From Tubulanus polymorphus (lineage: Eukaryota; Animalia; Nemertea), in assembly GCF_964204645.1 (NCBI RefSeq), contig NC_134031.1, positions 18,235,910 through 18,299,909 on the forward strand: a DNA stretch of 64,000 nt. Direction: 5' to 3'. Position numbers and translations under genes: made by a program. Shown here in pieces: positions 57,901 to 64,000 of the stretch (the stretch's first letter is position 1; the number at the start of each line of letters is the position of its first letter). The notes below the pieces were generated by a model. It worked only from the letters and a program-made list of their open reading frames with translations, was not told where the DNA came from and did no database searches.

Positions 57901-60900
57901 AATATGATGAAACTGCTACATTGACATGTAATGCTCAGGGTCTAACCCGTTATACAGTGACCTGGCAGAAAGTGGGAGGCAGTTTACCATCTCGCGCTTT
58001 GAAGAGGGACAGAACTTTAGAAATTAGAAATGCAAGAAATCAAGATGAAGGCAGATATCATTGTATAGCTATTGGTGAAGATGGTAGACGAGCTGATGCT
58101 TATGTTGATCTAAATGTTGTTGGTAAGTTATTTTAAATTTGACTGACACTAAAGAATTTTATATGAAGTTCTTTGAGTTTTTGATGGAAATTTCATTAAT
58201 ATTTCTTTCCTTCAGGAACAGCACCAACTATTTCCAAATATGATGTCCAATATGATCAAACTGCTACTTTGAGCTGTAATGCTCAAGGTCTCACCCGTTA
58301 TACAGTGACCTGGCAGAAAGTTGGAGGCAGTTTACCATCTCGTGCCTTGAGAAGAGACAGAACTTTAGAAATTAGAAATGCTAGAAATGAAGATGAGGGC
58401 AGATATCATTGTATAGCTATTGGTGAAGATGGTAGAAGAGCTGATGCCTACGTTGACCTCAATGTCATTGGTAAGAATTGATCCTTAATTTGTAATGTGA
58501 TGCCTTCATAAGATGTGCTTTGAGTCCATAAACTTGGAAAAAATTTCTTTTTACTCTTTCAGGAACGGCCCCAACTATTTCCAAGTATGATGTCCAATAT
58601 GATGAAACTGCTTCATTGACATGTAATGCTCAGGGTCTAACCCGTTATACAGTGACCTGGCAGAAAGTTGGAGGCAGTTTACCATCTCGCGCTTTGAAGA
58701 GGGACAGAACTTTAGAAATTAGAAATGCAAGAAATCAAGATGAGGGCAGATATCATTGTATAGCTATTGGTGAAGATGGTAGAAGAGCTGATGCATATGT
58801 TGACCTCAATGTTATTGGTAAAAATTGTGCCTTAATTTATGATATGATGTCTTCATAAGATGCGTTTTGAGACATTCAATTTAGGAAAATTCTTGAAAAA
58901 ATCCTCTCACTTTTTCAGGATCAGCTCCAACTATTTCAAAGTATGATGTCCAATATGATCAAACAGCTACTTTGACATGTAATGCTCAAGGTCTCACCCG
59001 TTATACGGTGACCTGGCAGAAAGTAGGAGGCAGTTTACCATCTCGCGCTTTGAGGAGAGACAGAACTTTAGAAATAAGAAATGCAAGAAATGAAGATGAG
59101 GGCAGATATCATTGTATAGCTATTGGTGAAGATGGTAGAAGGGCTGATGCCTACGTTGACCTCAATGTTATTGGTAGGAAAAGTTCCCGAATTCATGATG
59201 CCTTCATTAGAAGTTCTTTGAGTCCACTAACTTGGAAAAATTTCTTCCTTTTCAGGAACAGCACCAACTATTTCAAAGTATGATGTCCAATATGATCAAA
59301 CTGCTACTTTGACCTGTAATGCTCAAGGTCTCACCCGTTACACAGTGACCTGGCAGAAAGTAGGAGGCAGTTTACCATCTCGCGCTTTGAGGAGAGACAG
59401 AACATTAGAAATTAGAAATGCAAGAAATGAAGATGAGGGCAGATATCATTGTATAGCTATTGGTGAAGATGGTAGAAGAGCTGATGCCTACGTTGACCTC
59501 AATGTCATTGGTAAGAATTGATCCTTAATTTGTAATGTGATGCCTTCATAAGATGTGCTTTGAGTCCATAAACTTGGAAAAAATTTCTTCCTTTTCAGGA
59601 ACAGCACCAACTATTTCAAAGTATGATGTCCAATATGATCAAACTGCTACTTTGACCTGTAATGCTCAAGGTCTCACCCGTTACACAGTGACCTGGCAGA
59701 AAGTAGGAGGCAGTTTACCATCTCGCGCTTTGAGGAGAGACAGAACATTAGAAATTAGAAATGCAAGAAATGAAGATGAAGGCAGATATCATTGTATAGC
59801 TATTGGTGAAGATGGTAGAAGGGCTGATGCCTACGTTGACCTCAATGTTATTGGTAGGAAAAGTTCCCGAATTCATGATGCCTTCATTAGAAGTTCTTTG
59901 AGTCCACTAACTTGGAAAAATTTCTTCCTTTTCAGGAACAGCACCAACTATTTCAAAGTATGATGTCCAATATGATCAAACTGCTACTTTGACCTGTAAT
60001 GCTCAAGGTCTCACCCGTTACACAGTGACCTGGCAGAAAGTAGGAGGCAGTTTACCATCTCGTGCTTTGAGGAGAGACAGAACTTTAGAAATTAGAAATG
60101 CAAGAAATGAAGATGAGGGCAGATATCATTGTATTGCTATTGGTGAAGATGGTAGAAGAGCTGATGCATACGTGGACCTCAATGTTATTGGTAAGTTTGA
60201 TGTTTTCTTTTCTAAGTTATTTAACTTTTATCTATCCAAATCAAAAATTTTTCTTATATTCAATAATGTATGCTTGCTGTTATCTACACTTTGTGATGTT
60301 TGAGCTTTTCATGTCAAAAAATGTGGCCCAATATGTTTTTCTGTGTCGTATCTCAGGCTCCGCACCTACAATAACCTCCCTTACGGTTCCGTATGGACAA
60401 ACAGCCGTGCTTACTTGTCAAGTTCGTGGTTCTGGTGCATTTACGGTTAACTGGCTGAAAGTCGGTAGCCGTCTGCCATTAACAGCACAAACAATCGATA
60501 ACAAATTAGAAATCGGTTACGCTCGTAAGGAATATGAAGGTAGATATCAGTGTGTGGCTGTAAATGAGGCTGGTGAAGTACTGAAAGGATTCGTTGATTT
60601 AACTGTCGTCGGTAAGAATTGACTCATTCATTCATCCACTCACATCCCATCTCTTATTTACTTGTGCTTTTTTTATTCTGCATTATTTCCTGCTTTTTGT
60701 TCTCTATAACTTTCTGTGAATGTTTGCTTATGTGTTGCTTGTTTGTCCGTCACAGGCTCCGAGCCTTCCGTATCATCTTATGAAGTTCGTTACGATCAAA
60801 CGGCGACCTTGACTTGCAATGTGCAAGGTCTGACCTCTTACACGGTGACCTGGCAGAAAGTCCGAGGCAGTTTACCATCTCGCGCTTTTAGAAGAGACAG

Positions 60901-63741
60901 AACTTTAGTAATCAGAAATGCTAGAAATGAAGATGAAGGCAGATATCATTGTATAGCTACTGGGTCTGATGGTCAAGTGAATGAGGGATATATTGACCTC
61001 AATGTTGTAGGTTTGTATGGTTAGAAAATTTAAGAGAAGGGAGACCCGACCAATTAACACATCGGCTTCCAGCAGATGATTGCTGTGAGGAGGATATCGC
61101 AAAAATCATTCAAATAGAATACGATTTAACTAAGACTTAGAACTCTTCTTAGAGCTTTTCTAAATCTCAGAATTTGTCTCGGAATTAATGATGATTTTGC
61201 GGTTATCATTTGTTTCAGGTTCACCTCCGACGTTTTCGACGTATGAAGTACAATACGGTCAGACAGCATCGATTACGTGTAAAGTTCCTGGTCTCGAGTT
61301 GTACTCAGTTCGATGGCTGAAAGTCGGCAGTTCGTTACCGCAGAATGCGAACGTACGAGAACGAACGCTGATCATTTCTCAAGCTCGAACGGAAGATGAA
61401 GGTCGTTATCACTGTATAGCGACGACTCCCGACGGGAAGCGCATCGATGCATACGTAGATCTCACTGTTAAAGGTAACATTTCAATCCTCAATTCTCTCC
61501 TCTTGTTTCTATTAACATTTTAAACGTAGCACGTTTCGGGTCGGTTATAAAGTTCAGGATCCGGTTCGATAAACCTACAAAATCGTATCTCGTAGATTTC
61601 TAGATTTCAATGATTTTGATAATGTACAATGTTTCATTCGAAATTCAGAAACAGAACCATGTTCTATCAAATTGGTTAGATTTCAGTTTTTGGCTTTAAT
61701 TTAAGTAAGCCTTCTGAAATTTTAACTCTAAAATGACGAAAACTAAGGAATTTGGTCTTGAAGTTGAATGATTAAAAAATAAACTAATTCAGACTCTTAA
61801 GGCATGAGTTTTATCCTGAACTTAAGAATTGGCTTAATCGGTTGGCGTCCTTAGTAAATGTCTATCCTGTCTTTGTCTTTTAACCTGAGTGTATTTTGTT
61901 GTTTAACCCATTCTCTGTCTATCTGTGTTGTTTTGTTGAAGTCTATTGTGTGTATTTCTGTCTCACTTGTCTCATCGCAATCATCAGGCTCTGCTCCTAC
62001 TATAACCCCATACGAGGTGATTTACGGGCAGACGGCTTCGCTGACTTGTAACATACGTGGAGGATCAGCAGGCACGTACACGTTCACCTGGAAGAGAGTC
62101 GGTAGCCGGTTGCCAGCTACAGCCGTACAACGAGACCAAACTCTATTGATAACTAGCGCTCGTTACAACGATGAGGGAAGGTATCATTGTATCGCGACTC
62201 GACTAGATGGCGAGAAATTTGAGGGTTATGTCGATCTTATCGTTACCGGTAAGAAACTCGAAATATTTACGAGTTACACAGTGCAGCCTTGACATGAACG
62301 AAACCCCTTTCACTGTTAGATATTATACAGTTAGACTCCTACTTACTCGATATCAGTCAACTGCTCAAGTTTTATGTGAATTCTACTAATTTCTATCTAT
62401 TTCCCTCATTCTCGACTTGGTGGAATATTTAGAGCAGTCGACAAGATACTGAATAAGACGGGAGTTTACCATTTACTGGACTCACTTCATATGAATATCT
62501 TAAAGCTCTGGACCCAGTTCCACAGTTCTGTTTTAAGATTTGAATCTCATTGAAAAGGAACTAATTCTAACTCAGAGTTACTCACTACTGTGGAACCGGG
62601 TCCAGTTTCACATTTTTCAAACAAAGATACAAATGTTGAACTGAGTTCCTAGAGAAAGCCAGTCACTGAAATATATTTCGCACAATTTTCAAGATATCGA
62701 ACTTGTTAGAATATATTGATCTATATACATTTAACTGTGTAAACACATCACTGGAACTGCTGCATGTGAATTATCTCTACCCCTGTTAGGCACTCCTGCA
62801 CCTAAAATCTCAACTTACGAAGTCGAGTACGGCCAGACAGCGACAATGATCTGTAGCATCGAAAATGAACGTAAAACTTACACAATACGTTGGCAGAAAG
62901 TTAGTAAAGCTGGGGGCGCGTTACCTCAATACGCGATCAGACGAGATCGGCAGTTAATTATCAGAAACGCTCGAACGGAAGATCAAGGTCGTTATCAATG
63001 TATCGCGATTGATGCAGACGGCAAACAGTTTGAATCGTTTATTGATTTCACTGTAACCGGTGAGTTTAAACTAACCGAACTAACAGTTAGAACTTGGTTT
63101 GATCGGATCTTTGAGTTAAAAGAACGGAAAGAGTTGATAACTGATCACGCTTACTCACTACCTTCCATTCCTTTTATTCCCTTCCTCTTTATGTTATTTC
63201 CTCATCCTCCGCAGGCAGGTATTCAAACCTGATCTCTTGTCTCAGTCATGACTCGAAACCTTGCCTGACTGACCCGAGTGCTCAGGTATATAACATGATT
63301 TCTGATTGGCTAATGATACTATCATTGATGCTAAATCAGGCAGGGATTTGAATCATAAGTCTTAATGTCATTAGTTTCGAATCCGTGCTGAGAGAGGATG
63401 GCTATTCCTTTTCATTTTAAAACTTTTTTCACTTTCATTTCTTGTTTTCTTGTTTTCCTCACATGCACTAAAAGGTTCTGCACCTCCGAGTATTACTAAA
63501 TACGAAGTACAATACGGACAGACGGCCATGTTGACTTGTAAAGTAACTCAGACCGATCCGTCTGCTCGGTTCGCCGTCGTCTGGCAGAAAGTCGGCAGTA
63601 ATTTACCGAATTACGCCGTACAAAAAGACAACGTGCTGGAAATATCTCAAACGCGGCGTGATGATGCCGGTAGATACCGCTGCATCGCTACCAGTCCGGA
63701 TGGGGGACAAATTGATGCATTCGTTGATTTGACTGTCATTG
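12837..63741 (+). CDS. HSPG2: Perlecan / basement-membrane heparan sulfate proteoglycan core protein, multi-exon, 3'-incomplete (domain V not in window)
   Basis: Spliced exons give the diagnostic order: signal peptide, SG GAG sites, SEA, LDLa repeats, Ig (WRLNWGHIP), 3x laminin IV(B)+LE, long Ig array. Exon phases join consistently where checked. Confidence 0.96.
14529..14817. mobile_element. MITE with TIR caggggcggat...atccgcccctg and apparent 5-bp target-site duplication taccc
   Basis: Inverted termini; taccc immediately flanks both ends. Confidence 0.7.
16319..16472 (+). CDS. HSPG2: Perlecan domain I exon with acidic cluster and three Ser-Gly GAG attachment sites
   Basis: cttacag acceptor, [20 protein letters not shown], donor gtaaac at 16473. 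Confidence 0.9.
17025..17476. repeat. 20-bp minisatellite (ccagttccacagttctggag) in a perlecan intron, same family as 465-790
   Basis: About 20 units decaying 3'-ward; inverted terminus tgtaactggatcctga at 17461. Confidence 0.92.
17597..18475 (+). CDS. HSPG2: SEA domain (exons 17597-17762 and 18315-18475)
   Basis: [28 protein letters not shown]...QFK|[13 protein letters not shown]...L..AV..RKIGSY...DGFEFR. The phase 2 junction joins in frame. Confidence 0.88.
18487..18968. repeat. 22-bp G-rich minisatellite (ggtggggcagggagtgtttgat), about 22 copies
   Basis: Tandem units begin about 11 nt after the donor of the second SEA exon. Confidence 0.95.
20112..20392. repeat. 20-bp minisatellite (ctcggtcctggtctacatga), about 14 copies
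   Basis: Tandem units ending about 33 nt before the acceptor at 20426. Confidence 0.93.
20426..20929 (+). CDS. 504-bp symmetric phase-1 exon encoding an unassigned, probably beta-rich 168-aa domain within perlecan
   Basis: tacag acceptor and gtgagt donor, open frame, GC/CpG-rich codon usage like other exons, phases match the flanking perlecan exons. Confidence 0.8.
23483..30848 (+). CDS. HSPG2: Eleven single-exon LDL-receptor class A repeats
   Basis: Exons 23483-23626, 24883-24999, 26644-26766, 27039-27155, 27561-27674, 27833-27955, 28174-28287, 28573-28692, 29284-29403, 29920-30036, 30732-30848. Each has 6 Cys and ends SDE..C, phase 1-1. Confidence 0.93.
26840..26966. repeat. About 40-bp tandem repeat (3 copies) containing the aactgtggarctgga motif
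   Basis: gatcctggtattcag..aactgt.ga.ctgga repeated. Confidence 0.8.
27208..27491. mobile_element. Non-autonomous DNA transposon family C (TIR cagggtggccac...gtggccaccctg); relatives at 15169-15270, 35313-35550, 38460-38705, 42394-42610
   Basis: Inverted termini and shared internal ctggaaaa / tcagggaa / gtgattcaatgaaa / tttaaacc.agaaatt blocks. Confidence 0.7.
30090..30350. repeat. Degenerate ~60-bp tandem repeat (about 4 copies)
   Basis: tgtaca...tgtgt.tgtatttc...ttaac..ta..tagaa recurring every ~60 nt, alternating as a ~120-bp dimer. Confidence 0.7.
31227..33133 (+). CDS. HSPG2: Ig domain, three LDLa repeats, Ig domain (domain II)
   Basis: Ig 31227-31493; LDLa 31642-31785, 31908-32027, 32272-32406; Ig 32846-33133 containing the perlecan motif [21 protein letters not shown]. 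Confidence 0.93.
33422..42336 (+). CDS. HSPG2: Domain III: three laminin IV (type B) domains interleaved with laminin-EGF repeats (about 24 exons)
   Basis: CLRCFCFG; [21 protein letters not shown] (33899-34652); [21 protein letters not shown] (36701-37391); [21 protein letters not shown] (40304-40712); VExCxCPxGYTGxSCE motifs; LE exons with C.CNGHS..CDP.TG.C. Confidence 0.94.
36435..36645. repeat. About 40-bp minisatellite (ctaatgataccctgagtggagttcagtgagttgaggggaac); a related copy at ~43010-43075
   Basis: About five tandem units plus a dispersed relative. Confidence 0.85.
42707..50025 (+). CDS. HSPG2: Domain IV Ig modules 1-8 (several split by internal introns)
   Basis: Approximate exons 42707-42982; 43363-43457+45494-45668; 45882-46154; 46507-46641+46890-47027; 47387-47532+47739-47865; 48083-48206+48368-48522; ~48978-49266; 49649-49735+49843-50025. 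I-set C...W...D.G.Y.C pattern. Confidence 0.88.
44046..44136 (+). CDS. Candidate alternative terminal (or poison) exon [15 protein letters not shown] with poly(A) signal
   Basis: Branch-like actgac + pyrimidine tract + cag; phase 0 matches donor 43458; TAA 44091-44093; AATAAA 44131. Confidence 0.45.
47053..47294. mobile_element. piggyBac-like MITE (TTAA-CCCTTTCAGTG termini); 5' fragments at 33193-33345 and 46177-46305
   Basis: ctaa-ctctttcagtgc ... gcactgaaaggg-ttaa; shared internal gtgctggagata.tttgaaaa and tcgttagttact. Confidence 0.7.
50598..54393 (+). CDS. HSPG2: Domain IV single-exon Ig modules 9-13 (divergent 5' flank of the expansion)
   Basis: Exons 50598-50858, 51918-52172, 52700-52951, 53486-53734, 54142-54393. 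Most share G.GPF.ITW.K..G.LP...D.GRY.C.A. Confidence 0.9.
54672..60190 (+). CDS. HSPG2: Array of 16 near-identical 255-bp Ig cassette exons
   Basis: Starts 54672, 55055, 55392, 55739, 56084, 56474, 56821, 57177, 57521, 57868, 58216, 58563, 58919, 59256, 59599, 59936. Each is 255 nt, phase 1-1, AG/GT bounded; introns are 82-135 nt. Confidence 0.93.
60357..63741 (+). CDS. HSPG2: Six more divergent single-exon Ig modules (3' flank of the expansion)
   Basis: Exons 60357-60611, 60756-61010, 61219-61473, 61988-62248, 62790-63059, 63475-63741. Same Y.V.YGQTA.LTC...W.KVG..LP...EGRY.C.A family. Confidence 0.9.
62508..62605. mobile_element. MITE-like family A exemplar (TIR ctggacccagttccacagt ... actgtggaaccgggtccag)
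   Basis: 19-bp terminal inverted repeat with one mismatch. Relatives at ~22230-22435, 28980-29110, 29452-29555, 33575-33745, 39940-40050, 44300-44415, 44700-44820, 45257-45362, 49300-49430, 51280-51425, 53105-53214. Confidence 0.75.
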
Positions 63742-64000
63742 GTAAGCTTAATCGGTTCAGGTTCAGGCTCATAAGACCATTCTACTGACTAGGTTCCCTT
63801 TTCCAAGTATACTTGGACTTAGATTGGATTCGAGGGACAGATTTCGTGTATTTTCAATAGGAGAGTGACTTTATTATCTTATGTCTGTCTTATGTGTGTC
63901 TTAATTGTAAGCACTTTGTTTGTAAAACCCATCACTACATGTCATATGTGAGTCATGTTTCTCCTCTCTCCAAACCTGACTACAGCAACTATTTGAGAGT

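Noticed and set aside
54672-60190. Dscam-style mutually exclusive diversity array or a cluster of separate small Ig genes
   Set aside because: Exons are nearly identical (little diversity), symmetric and separated by spliceable-size introns. The ORF-track starts are TTG/GTG or intronic artefacts. No docking site was seen; mutual exclusivity is not excluded without RNA data.

Overview
Eukaryotic (animal, invertebrate-like; taxon not provable from sequence) AT-rich genomic DNA with GT-AG introns. About 51 kb (12837 to beyond 64000, + strand) is one multi-exon perlecan/HSPG2 (trol/unc-52) gene reconstructed by hand. Its order is: signal-peptide exon, Ser-Gly GAG-attachment exon, SEA domain, an unexpected 168-aa single-exon domain, 11 LDLa + Ig + 3 LDLa + Ig, three laminin-IV(B)/laminin-EGF blocks, then at least 35 domain-IV Ig modules. 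Domain V lies outside the window. The most striking structure is an array of 16 near-identical 255-bp phase-1 Ig cassette exons (54672-60190). It shows higher-order exon+intron duplications, a divergence gradient at both edges and a probable gene-conversion tract in a neighbouring exon. A candidate alternative terminal exon (44046) would give a short perlecan isoform. Upstream lies a class A peptide-receptor-like GPCR with a single coding exon (10000-11130). Introns and intergenic DNA hold several MITE-like inverted-repeat families and minisatellites, some built from a MITE terminal repeat. All calls are by eye; no database searches were run.
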